Of a stretch of 64,000 nucleotides of DNA, positions 43,880 to 54,900 are shown piece after piece. Positions within the stretch are counted from its first letter, which is position 1. Each line of letters opens with the position of its first letter. The notes beneath the pieces are model-generated. The model worked only from the letters and a program-made list of their open reading frames with translations, had not been told where the DNA came from and searched no databases. The stretch comes from the human T2T-CHM13v2.0 reference genome, Homo sapiens. The DNA is taken from positions 36,096,001-36,160,000 of the forward strand of contig CP068257.2 of NCBI GenBank assembly GCA_009914755.4, given 5' to 3'. A program made the position numbers and the translations under genes.

Positions 43880-45155
43880 AGTGTCCAGCCTGGAGTGAGC
43901 ACTCCCTCACAGTGTGATGATTCCAGCCCAGAGTGAGCACTCTCTCACAGTGTGATGATTCCAGCCCGGAGTGAGCACTCCCTCACAGCGTGATGATTCC
44001 AGCCTGGAGTGAGCACTCCCTCACAGCGTGATGATTCCAGCCTGGAGTGAGCACTCCCTCACAGATTCCAGCCCGGAGTGAGCACTCCCTCACAGCATGA
44101 TGGTTCCAGCCCAAGTGAGCACTCCCTCACAGATTCCAGCCCGGAGTGAGCACTCCCTCACAGTGTGATGATTCCAGCCCAGAGTGAGCTCTCCCTCACA
44201 GCGTGATGATTCCAGCCCAGAGTGAGCACTCCCTCACAGCGTGATGATTCCAGCCTGGAGTGAGCACTCCCTCACAGCGTGATGATTCCAGCCTGGAGTG
44301 AGCACTCCCTCACAGCGTGATGATTCCAGCCTGGAGTGAGCACTCCCTCACAGCATGATGATTCCAGCCTGGAGTGAGCACTCCCTCACAGATTCCAGCC
44401 CGGAGTGAGCACTCCCTCACAGCATGATGGTTCCAGCCCAAGTGAGCACTCCCTCACAGATTCCAGCCCGGAGTGAGCACTCCCTCACAGTGTGATGATT
44501 CCAGCCCAGAGTGAGCTCTCCCTCACAGCGTGATGATTCCAGCCCAGAGTGAGCACTCCCTCACAGCGTGATGATTCCAGCCTGGAGTGAGCACTCCCTC
44601 ACAGCGTGATGATTCCAGCCTGGAGTGAGCACTCCCTCACAGCGTGATGATTCCAGCCTGGAGTGAGCACTCCCTCACAGCGTGATGATTCCAGCCTGGA
44701 GTGAGCACTCCCTCACAGCATGATGGTTCCAGCCCAAGTGAGCACTCCCTCACAGATTCCAGCCCGGAGTGAGCACTCCCTCACAGTGTGATGATTCCAG
44801 CCCGGAGTGAGCTCTCCCTCACAGTGTGATGATTCCAGCCCAGAGTGAGCACTCTCTCACAGTGTGATGATTCCAGCCCGGAGTGAGCTCTCCCTCACAG
44901 CGTGATGATTCCAGCCTGGAGTGAGCACTCCCTCACAGCGTGATGATTCCAGCCTGGAGTGAGCACTCCCTCACAGCATGATGGTTCCAGCCCAAGTGAG
45001 CACTCCCTCACAGATTCCAGCCCGGAGTGAGCACTCCCTCACAGTGTGATGATTCCAGCCCGGAGTGAGCTCTCCCTCACAGATTCCAGCCTGGAGAGAG
45101 TACTCCCTCACAGCATGATGGTTCCAGCCCGGAGTGAGCACTCCCTCACAGTGTG
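43880..45155. repeat. Minisatellite/VNTR-like array, ~35 units of 38 bp (ccagcctggagtgagcactccctcacagcgtgatgatt) and a 31-bp variant (ccagcccggagtgagcactccctcacagatt), arranged in a higher-order ~330-360-bp periodicity
   Basis: Direct reading. The 31-bp variant pairs recur at 44061/44131, 44388/44452, 44744 and 45009/45078. The intervening unit order (gcatgatggtt, a 28-bp ccagcccaagtgagc... variant, and a gagctctccc variant) repeats in the same order in each block. Confidence 0.95.
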
Positions 45156-46067
45156 CTGATCTCATTTGTTGCCAAAGCAATCATTCCCTATTACGGAGAA
45201 GAGAAAACCATTTTGACTTGCATGAGGCCACATGCCTAGTCACTGGCTGGCTCGAGCCCAGGTTCTGACTTGAAATCCAATTCCCACAAAATGCTTTCCT
45301 TAGCAAATGATTCCTAATTAATACAACAACAGAAAGGCCTCACAATGTCAAATCTTAGAATGAGATCAGGTTTCCAGCAGGTGTCCCTGCATTCACCCAC
45401 CTCCTGCGAATGGCTTCCTGGCATTAGGTTTCAGGGTGTCACTGGGTGGGTTGAGGGTGTGGGGATGGTGAGGGAGGAGACCCTGGGCCTGGTTTAGTGG
45501 AGGGGGAGAGGCTTCACCTAATTTTCAGGGGTCCAGCTCCAGTTGACTTTCCTCTTTGTGCTCCTAGGCATGAATCCTTGAGCGATTAAGACAGTGGGAG
45601 TGACGGGGCAGAGTCACCACGGAGGTGGGTGTCTGCAGATGTCTGTGAGGCTGATGGTGTGTGGGTTCTCTAGGGTCCTGTAACTTTATTATCTTTAGAC
45701 TCAAAAGGTGTTCTGGGATCATCGTATTTGCATTGGTGGGAGTGTGTGTAGAATAATAGCAGTTATTTTGGGAGAAGTTACCCTGCGCCAGGTGCTGTAA
45801 ATATCACCTCCTCCTTCCATTCTTAAGATGGGAGTATCCACAGTGGTAAGCTGGTAAACCAAGTGTCCAGAAAAATTAATCCCTCATTTGTAGTGTTTGC
45901 TGATTGCCATGATGTGAATTGCTTTTACCACTGCGGATTTCAAGATTATCGACCATTCACAGGATTCCTGAATATCTACCCGTCAACTCTTATGAGCCAG
46001 AGGAACTGGCTCTAGTACAAATAAGCCAAGTAAGGGATTGTACAGACATAGGAGTAAGCAATAGAGA

Positions 46068-46345
46068 TTTTTTTTTTGAGACAGGGTCTGGCTATGTTGC
46101 CCAGGCTGCAGTGCAGTGGTGCCGTGATAGCTCACTGCAACCTTGACCCTCTTGGGATTAAGTGATCCTCCTGCCTCAGCCTCCCAGGACCACAGGTACA
46201 TGCCACCATGCCTGCCTACTTTTTTGTTTTTTTGTAGAGATGAGAGCTTGCTGTGTTTCCCAGGCTGGTCTTGAACTCCTGAGCTCCAGTGATCCTCCTG
46301 CCTTGGCCTCCCAAAGTGCTGGGATTACAGGTGTGCGCCACCGTG
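46068..46345 (-). mobile_element. Alu SINE, minus orientation
   Basis: ttttttttttgagacagggtctggctatgttgcccaggctgcagtgcagtggtgccgtgatagctcactgcaaccttgaccc...tcccaaagtgctgggattacaggtgtgcgccaccgtgccttcccggcc. Confidence 0.9.
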
Positions 46346-47699
46346 CCTTCCCGGCCTTAGATATTTTACAGGCGAGGAAACTGAGGTTTAGAGATCACAT
46401 GGCTCAGCCCTGCTCACATGGGTTGCAAGAGTTGCCCTCAGTCTGACCCCCAAGGCCATTGCTTTTAAGTCCTCCTCTTGACAGCCTCCTGGCCCCTATC
46501 TGAGGCTCAGCTGAGTGGTGACTGTTCCATGTTTGAGGCTGGGGAGGAGATCAGCTCGCAGTTCAGCTTCCTGTCCCCCAGGTGGCAGGGGCGGTCCTGG
46601 CTGGGAAGGCTAATTTGTCCGGGCTGCATCTCTGTCCTACTCTCGCCAGCTCTGCCACAGGACCTCTGTCTTTCCCTTGCGCTTTGAGGTTTCTCTGGGT
46701 GCCTCACCCTCCTCTTCTTGTTCCCAGACACACCACTGTGAAATGAATGGCGGGACTGCACTGAACGGCAGAATGTTTGAGGGCTTGGTCATACAGCTGG
46801 AGGGAAGAGTGAGACCAGGAAGAGCTGAAACGCGGCCTCTCCATCCCTGTTACAGCAGCACCTTTCTCACTGGGCTGCAGGCACCCTGACCGCAAAGGTG
46901 TTCTCACAACCCCGCAGGGTCTTGCTCCTCCCTGTGCCGCCAAGCTTGCCACTCCATCTGCCTGGCACGCTCATCCCCGCCATCCCCATCACTGGCTTCC
47001 CATTGTCCCCTGGGTCTTGTCCTTGAGGAAGCCTCACAAGTCATCCTGTCTAAGTAGCACTGTTGGTCTTCTCCATAGAACCTTCTCTTCCTTTCCTGGC
47101 ATCTATATCATCCTGGAACCATTTTATCTGCGTGTTCACCTGTCCAACCACACTGCGATGGTTTTAAAATATGTTCTTAATTCTTAGACACTCCTTCCTT
47201 CCAAAGGCAGAGTGTCATTCCTCTCCTTTTGAGTGTGGGCTGGACTTAGTGATCCCGTTCTGCAGATGAGAACATGGCAGAAGAGGTGCTGTTAGGACTT
47301 CTGGGCTGGGTCACGAAAGGACAGCTGCTGGCTGGCCTGCTGTCTTTTGGACTGCTCTCCCCAGGGGCAGCCAGATGCTACATCGTGATGACACTCAAGC
47401 AGTCCTACCCAGAGGCCCATGTCAGAAGGAACGAATGCCTCTCACCCACAGGCAGCACCAACTCGCCAGCCACGGCTACGAGCTGCTTTAGAAGTTGACT
47501 CAGCCCAGTCGAGCCTTCAGATAACTGCAGACCCAGCCAACATCAGATGGAACCTACAAGAGAATAAGTCCTGGTCCCGACCTGCCCAGCCAAGCTGGTC
47601 CTGAATTCCTGACCCACAGAAGCTGCAAGAATAATGTCTCCTGCTACTTTAAGCCACTATGTTTTGGCATATTAGGTAGCAATGGAGGATTAATATAAA

Positions 47700-47850
47700 T
47701 GTTGAAATGCTATGATTCCTCATTTCATGGACAAGGAAACTGAGCCACAGAGAATTTACACGGCTCACCTAAGGCCACACAGAGTCAGAATTTGGACAGA
47801 GGCAGTCTGATTCCAGAGTCCACACCCCTGAGCCCTGTACTACAACCTCC
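47700..47850 (+). mobile_element. MIR SINE fragment
   Basis: cctcatttcatggacaaggaaactgagccacagagaatttacacggctcacctaaggccacacagagtcagaatttggacagaggcagtctgattccagagtccacacccctgagccctgtactac resembles MIR (ccattttacagatgaggaaactgaggcacagagaggttaagtaacttgcccaaggtcacacagctagtaagtggcagagccgggatttgaacccaggcagtctgactccagagtc). Confidence 0.65.
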
Positions 47851-48516
47851 CTCCAAACAAGGCACCATCTCAAACAGTGTCATTTTTCCTGTGAAGCCCT
47901 GATTAGGTGGTGGGCAGGCACAGGATCTTTCCCTCCCCAGACAGATGTAAGTCCAACAGCGTGAGGCTTCTGACAGCTTGGTGCTCCACACAGGGCAGGG
48001 GTGCAGAGTCCTGCCTGACCACCAGCCATCCAGCTGTCACGAGCCAGTACCCTTGCTCCTGGGTCTGACTGGAACTTCAGGCGAGTGTCTCATGCTTAAG
48101 AACCTGCCTTTTTCCTTTTATCCCTATGTTTTGGGATGCAAGAAAATGCCTCTCAGATGTGGTGTGGTCTCCTGGCACCTCACCTAGGATGGGAGGCCTG
48201 GGATAGAGAAAGGCTCAGGTTCCTCCTGTCTCACCTGGGCTGGGAATGAAGGACTGTTCTCCCTTCTCTTCAACATACATTCTGGAGGCGGGGTGGGGAA
48301 CTGTCTTAGGCCTGGGTCAAGAGGGGAGGGCCAGACGGTCTTGGGCTGAGTGTGCTGAGCTCAGAGAGGCACATGTGGATGAGACAAAGCCAGGCAGGTC
48401 AGGGAAGAGCCAGAAGAAAGATGCACTTTGTGGGTCCTAGGCATCTGGGTTCCAGGCTAGGGAAACTGGGCAGGGAAGCCTTGCCAGGGGACGCCCCTTA
48501 GAGTAAGGGCCAATGG

Positions 48517-49280
48517 TGGTGTTGCGTGTGTGTGTGCTATGTGCTGTATGTGGTGTACGTGTGGTATGTGTGGTGTGTGTGCTGTATGTGTGTTGTGTGT
48601 GCATGTGTGTGCGATGTGTGTGTATGTATTGTGTGTGTGTGTGCATGTCTGTGTGTGTGGTGTGTGCCATATGTGGTATATGTGTGTTGTGTGTGGTAGT
48701 GTAATGTGTGTAGAGTGGTGTCTGTGTATGTGCTGTGTGTCTTGTGTGTATGTAGTGTGTGTATATTTGTGTGTTGTATGTAGTGTGTGTGTATATTTGT
48801 GTGTGTTGTATGTAGTGTGTGTGTATATTTGTGTATGTGGTGTGTGTGTTGTGTTGTGTGTGTATATTTGTGTGTGTTGTGTGTATGTAGTTTGTGTGTA
48901 TATTTGCGTGTGTGTTGTGTGTATGTAGTGCATGTGTATATTTGTGTGTGTGGTGTGTGTCGTGTGTGTGGTATGTGTGTATGTGTTGTGTGTATGTAGT
49001 GTGTGTGTATATTTGTGTGTGTTGTGTGTATGTAGTATTTGTGTATGTGTTGTGTGTTGTGTTGTGTGTGTATATTTGTGTGTTGTATGTAGTTTGTGTG
49101 TATATTTGCGTGTGTGTTGTATGTAGTGCATGTGTATATTTGTGTGTGTGGTGTGTGTCGTGTGTGTGGTATGTGTGTATGTGTTGTGTGTATGTAGTGT
49201 GTGTGTGGTATGTGTGCATATGTTGTGTATAGTGTTGTGTGTCGTGTGGTGTCTCTGTGCGTGTCTGTGTGCGGTGCATG
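48517..49280. repeat. ~760-bp GT-rich complex repeat: impure (TG)n with an embedded ~35-40-bp motif (tgtatgtagtgtgtgtgtatatttgtgtgtgttg) and a ~200-bp internal duplication (48890-49010 vs 49090-49210)
   Basis: Direct reading. It has >85% G/T on the plus strand with alternating purine-pyrimidine stretches. The track ORFs here (H/T-rich and C/V-rich 'proteins') are artefacts of the repeat. Confidence 0.95.
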
Positions 49281-51117
49281 TTCATGCACTCACTTTTGCA
49301 CCTGCAACCCATGCTCACTGTGCTACACTTTCCACACCTTTTGCCCCAGACCCTGATAAGGTCCAGGGAGGAGGGTGGTGAGGAATGCCTGCAACGATTT
49401 AATTAGGAATAAAGAGGAGTTGCTGATCTGGTTTAGGGCGGGCCAGGAGTCTTTTAGCTCCAGAAGGACAGGGGTGTCTGTCAGCTGTTTGCTGCTCATA
49501 AATTCCCCAGTGTGTGTGCAGGATTGCACCTATCCTCTGAGCTACCTGATGCTGGGGTCTTGACCAGATAAGAACACCAAATATCCTCTTCCTTTCTCAT
49601 TAGTAGACAGGCCAGGCCCATCTGAACCCACTCCTCTGGCTCCCTGAGGAGTGTTTGGGTGTCCCCGCACTTAGCATCCAGCACAGATGGCTCCTTCCAA
49701 AGCCACACTCCAGTGGCTTCTTTGGGGTGGATGTAGACGCTCAGCCCATGGAGAGCAGCTCATCTAAGTTACAGCCCTTTAGAGTAAGGGATGTGGATGA
49801 ACAGGTGAGAGGCTTCCTGCTCGTCATTAGAAATTTTTAAAAACCACGTGGTCCACAGGTCTTGAGGCCAAGGCTGATGGGCTGGCTGGGCAGGAGCCAC
49901 AGGAAGAAATCCACAGGTGCTGGCCATGTGGAACTGCCTGCCAAGTTTGCTGGAAGCAGAGCCCGTTTCTTTTTTCGGCAGCCTGAATAAGAGGCAATGG
50001 GGACCCTGTTGAGGTCAACTCTTGTATGTTACCAACGCCCACAGCTGTGTGCCTCCTCTGAGGACATTCGAGTGGGCTCACCACGATGACATGGGCCTTC
50101 TGCTGGGGAGGCTGGGCCATTCGGTGACCTGTGGCGCTGCGCTGTGTGATGATTGCTGATCAGCTGTGGCTCCCAGGCCAGCTTACACATGACGATCCCC
50201 TGGGGAGGTTTTAAAGATTCCAGTGCCTGAGCCCCACTCCAAGCCAATGAAATCCCAGCCTCTGGAAGTAGGGCCTGGCATGGGCCTGTCTGCAACACGC
50301 CCCAGCTGTTCCTAATGGGCAGCCCGGGGGTAAGAATCAGCGACTGAGAATAACGATGTTCCAATCTTGATTCAGCCGGGGAAATCTTTCTTCACACAGA
50401 TGCTACTGGAGTGAACACAAGCAGATGAAAACAGGGCTGTCTAAATGACACGCAGCCACCAGTGACTGCCCGGGCTCCCGAGAAATCCAGATTCATCAGG
50501 ACCCACTGATTTGGGCATCTGATGATGGCATGTGAGGAGGAATTTTCCAAAGTTTCTGGGAGAGTACAAGGCAAGTCACCACCCGCTCCCAGCTGTGTGC
50601 CTTTCCTGGGGCCAGACCCTGCAGCAGCTCCCACCTTGTCCCACGCTGGATGGCAGCCTGCTTGTAGGGGGGGCCTGCAGACACCTTCTCACCCCACCCA
50701 GGACTTGAAGGCAAGGGTGGAATTTTTGGTGGATGCGATGATCTGTCTTCTCGTGGTAAGGAGGTGATTCCCTGAACAGCTGGGACAACACCATCACCTC
50801 GTCTTCCTTTCTCCTCTCTTACTTCCTGCTCCTGATCCTAGAGGAGCCACAGAGCTCGGCCCTTCCCCACCCCCGCCTTGATGTGGCTTGGGCAAGCTAA
50901 GGGCAGGTGGCTCTGTGTGTCATGAAGTCCTGTAGGGCCTGCTCCTGAGACTTTCCTGCCCACTGAGTGGGATTACTGAGTGACAGCTGGCCCTCTCAGT
51001 GACTGTGTGCCTCACCCTGTGCTTCTGGTATCTGGACAATGCCCTTCCCAAACAGGAAGTGTTTGAGCCATGTGTTCTAGATACATGGCTGTTTTTCTCT
51101 TGTTTAAAAACCTTTGT

Positions 51118-51384
51118 GTGTGATGTTCCCCACCCTGTGTGCAAGTGTTCTCATTGTTCAATTCCCACCTATGAGTGAGAACATGCTGTGTTTGGTTTTC
51201 TGTCCTTGCGATAGTTTGCTCAGAATGTGGGGGGAGGGGGAAGGGATAGCATTAGGAGATAAACCTAATGTAAATGACAAGTTAATGGGTGCAGCACACC
51301 AACATGGAACATGTATGTTCATATGTAACAAACCTGCATGTTGTGCACATGTACCCTAGAACTTAAAGTATAATAAAATAAAAC
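51118..51384 (+). mobile_element. L1PA 3' end insertion with 5' inversion (twin-priming structure) and 12-bp TSD aaaaacctttgt (51106-51117 and 51385-51396)
   Basis: 51118-51227 is the reverse complement of L1 ...ctatcgcaaggacagaaaaccaaacacagcatgttctcactcataggtgggaattgaacaatgagaacacttgcacacagggtggggaacatcacac. 51228-51384 is the direct-orientation L1 terminus: tggggggagggggaagggatagcattaggagataaacctaatgtaaatgacaagttaatgggtgcagcacaccaacatggaacatgtatgttcatatgtaacaaacctgcatgttgtgcacatgtaccctagaacttaaagtataataaaataaaac. The two segments abut in L1 coordinates with a gap of ~15 nt. Confidence 0.85.
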
Positions 51385-51810
51385 AAAAACCTTTGTTTTA
51401 CCCCTGACTCATCTCACATATCTACATACTCAAAGGCCATGTTTGTCTAGGAGTAGAACCAAGTCCCTGATTTGACAAAGTGAATTATTATAACACATTT
51501 GTGTTTAACATGCAGGTGAGTCATAGATGAAATACCACCTATGGAAACTGACAGTCGCTGCTATGCCTTTCTTGGACTATGGTGAGTGAGATTGAGGGTC
51601 TGGTAATGCAAGAGGTACCTAGTCATGGAAATGAATGGAGAAGCAGCTGGTTTGAAGGGACTTTCTCCTTCCAAAGTAATAAGCTGAGAAAACGGAAAGG
51701 TGTGAGCCATCAGCAGAGTATTTAGGAAGCATGACAGATGGAGGGGACAAAGTAAGAGAGAGACTTCAGCTTGGGATGATTGGAAGAAAAATTTGAAGAT
51801 ATTTACTTTT

Positions 51811-52100
<290 letters not shown>

Positions 52101-52789
52101 AGAAATTTACTTTTTGATGGTGCTTTCCAAAATGAGTTTCCAGGCAGTCTGCAGTCAGTTGTATTTTTAAGGTTGAATGGGTGTTTGGTCATCCCGTGAT
52201 CTTACAGTGCTTTGAAAGTGCTTTCAGAAACTGCTGCAACTGAGGGGAGAATTGAGGGTGGTTGATGGGGGAGATGCAAGTCAGGCAAACCAGCCAGAAG
52301 CCTTGCTCTAAGATGCAGGCCAAGAGGCACCGCAAATATTTCACTTCCAAGCCAAACCTTCCTTCTCAGGGGGTGAAGCAGTGTTGTGCTGGAATCAGCT
52401 GTACTGGCCTATGAGAGCCAATTGTTAAATTTTCAGGAATTTTATAAGCTGGTTGTTAAATAAGGCTATTTTCAAAATTAAATTATATAAACTTAATACT
52501 TAATTATATTAAAAGCAAAGGAAATTAATACTCAAAGCTTATAATCTTTCTACTTATTTTGTCATATTTTACTGTGTCAATGTTCTTGGGGTTGTTTCCG
52601 TCTGTTGTGTCTGCATGGTGGAAACACTTCATATGACATGCCACTGCACATCTCTTTTAAATTTTGTGTTCATGACATCGCTTTGATAGCTGGAAATTGG
52701 CCATGGTGGGATATGGATACCAGGGAGACTGTAAAACAAAACCAGTTTGGCTTGTTTTATTGTTCTGTCGATGATCAAGATCAGTGGTT

Positions 52790-53007
52790 CTGAACTGGGA
52801 GGATTTTTCCTCCAGGGACATTTGGCAGTATCTGGAGGCGCCTTTGACAGTCACAGATGGAGAGGGTAGGGGTGCTCCTGGCATCTAGAGGGTGGAGGCC
52901 AGGGAGGCTGTTAAACATCCTACAATGCATATGGCAGCCCCCTTTGCCTCCCAGCCCCAGACACGGAATTCTCTGGTCCAAAATGTCAATATTGCTGAAG
53001 TTGAGAA
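52790..53007. mobile_element. MITE-like non-autonomous DNA transposon (~215 bp) with imperfect terminal inverted repeats cagtggttctgaact ... agttgagaaatcctg
   Basis: cagtggttctgaactgggaggatttttcctccagggacatttggcagtatctggaggcgcctttgacagtcacag...ggcatctagagggtggaggccagggaggctgttaaacatcctacaatgcatatggcagcccc...ccaaaatgtcaatattgctgaagttgagaaatcctg. I recognise this as a recurrent human interspersed repeat but cannot name the family with certainty. Confidence 0.5.
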
Positions 53008-54799
53008 ATCCTGGTCGAGATTTAAGGAAGTGATGGGAAATTAACTTAAAATAACTTAAGACTGTGTCAAGTTCATACCTGTTACATTGTGCATACTACA
53101 AAAAAACCCCTGAAGCCTTCTTTCAGTGTTTGAAAGCTATTATATGATTCATTAAAGAAGTTGTTCAAGTCAATGAATGAGTCAAGTTCTAACACACTTC
53201 TTCATCTTCTTTGTTTCACTAAATGAAGATGTCAATCACTACTTGCATGGCAACTATCCTCATTTAATTGTAGAATCAACAAAAGCATTCTGTAAGAATC
53301 AATTGGCTATGTAAAATTTATAATAAAATTATTATGCATATTTTGCATTGCATATATACAAATATGCATATTATGTATTTTGCATATTTGTAAGTTGAGT
53401 GCTGTACATCCTTCTTATCAGTAAAATGTGTGTGTGCATAATTTTTCCTGAAGAGCCTGTTGATAAACATTTACCAGCACGCCACTAGTTAGAAGCTACA
53501 GAGTTATCAGATTTTAAATGTAACACCCTCATTCTGCATCCCACACAACATGTTCATGAATTTTGTATCTGGAGAAAGCTCAGTACTGTATGGTTCGGGA
53601 AACTGTTTTTTGGGAAGAACTGGGGTAACTAAGAATGGCGGCTCTGTATGTGGGTGGAGTAGGATGCCTGTCCTGTCATGTGATTTGGGCATGCCGAAAG
53701 GCTGCCACTCCCTAAATATCCACTCCAGAGTCCTGTCTCCAGGGTTTGACATGAACCCCTTTGGAGACAGGTGGGTTGTCACTAGGCTAAAAAGGAATGG
53801 GTGCAGGGACAGAAGGGATGGGGGTGGGTAACACGGTAACTGCCTAGAGTTTTGGCAGGATTTTGATCATGCATTTAATCTGTTAGATCCCATTGTAGCC
53901 CATCTACAGCTGAAGTCAGAAAAAAATAACCAACGGGCCTGGTAAATTTGGATAGCAGGAATGAAATGGAAATCCCCCGAGGGTTCTAAGTCAGTATGGG
54001 ACACTCTGATGGGACCCCGGGCAGTGGAAGCACATGGTGGTGATTGGCTAAGGGTTCCAAAGGAAGGGAATGGATGGACTTTACTGGCTTTGCAGTTGCA
54101 CCAAAGGAAACGATCACTGAATCTAGACCAGGGGTCCCCAAACCGTGGGCCATGAACCAGTGCTGGTCTGTGGCCTGTTAGGAACTGGGCCACACAGCAG
54201 GAGGTGAGTGGTGGATGAACGAGCATTACTCCCTGAGCTCCACCTCCTGTCAGATCAGTGGAGGCATTAGATTCTTACAGAAGCACGAACCCTACTGTGA
54301 ACTGCACCTGCGAGAGATCTAGGTTTTGAGCTCCTTATGAAAATCAAATGCCTGATGATCTGAGAAACAGTTTCATTCCCAAACCACCCTCTTCTACCCC
54401 CACATCCCCTGATCTGTGGAAAAATTGTCTTCCACAAAACTGGTCCCTTGTGCCAAAACGCTTGGGGACTGCTGATCTAGACTAATGAGATGCAACTCTT
54501 AAGAAGCCCACTTGGATATTCCAAGGGTCTCCCCATCCTCAACACACCGCATTAGTGTTGGGCACACTGTACATGGGATTGGAATTGTTCTGTGTCCCAT
54601 TATCTGACAGCTTCAAGGATTGGCGAGCACACATCTTTGTCTAGGTGAGAAAGATGGGAGACAGAGGGCGTCCAGCTGCCTCGTCCTCACCTCAGGGAAA
54701 TCTTAAGCATGTCGTCATTTGTGTTCACAGTTTGGCGTTCGAATCTATGATTAAGAACTTAGGATGGGTAGAAGGGTCAAAAGGACAGTAGAATTGTGG

Positions 54800-54900
54800 T
54801 ACGTAGGATCTGCAAGGGACCTTAGAACACTCTAGTTCAAATCTCATCCTTCACAGAGCAGGAAGCAACCGGAGCAGTTAAGTGACCTCTTCCAGGGAAC
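54800..54900. mobile_element. MIR SINE core fragment
   Basis: cttagaacactctagttcaaatctcatccttcacagagcaggaagcaaccggagcagttaagtgacctcttccag resembles MIR (...ggttcaaatcccagctctgccacttactagctgtgtgaccttgggcaagttacttaacctctctg). Confidence 0.45.

Noticed and set aside
44971-45180. 69-aa minus-strand ORF with internally repeated peptide (GVLTPGWNHHAVREYSLQAGICEG...)
   Set aside because: It lies entirely within the 31/38-bp minisatellite, and the repetition in the peptide is the DNA repeat.
48437-49381. Cluster of 60-290-aa ORFs on both strands encoding H/T/Y-rich and C/V-rich 'proteins'
   Set aside because: They are translation artefacts of the GT-rich tandem repeat: (TG)n/(CA)n read in frame gives CVCV.../HTHT....
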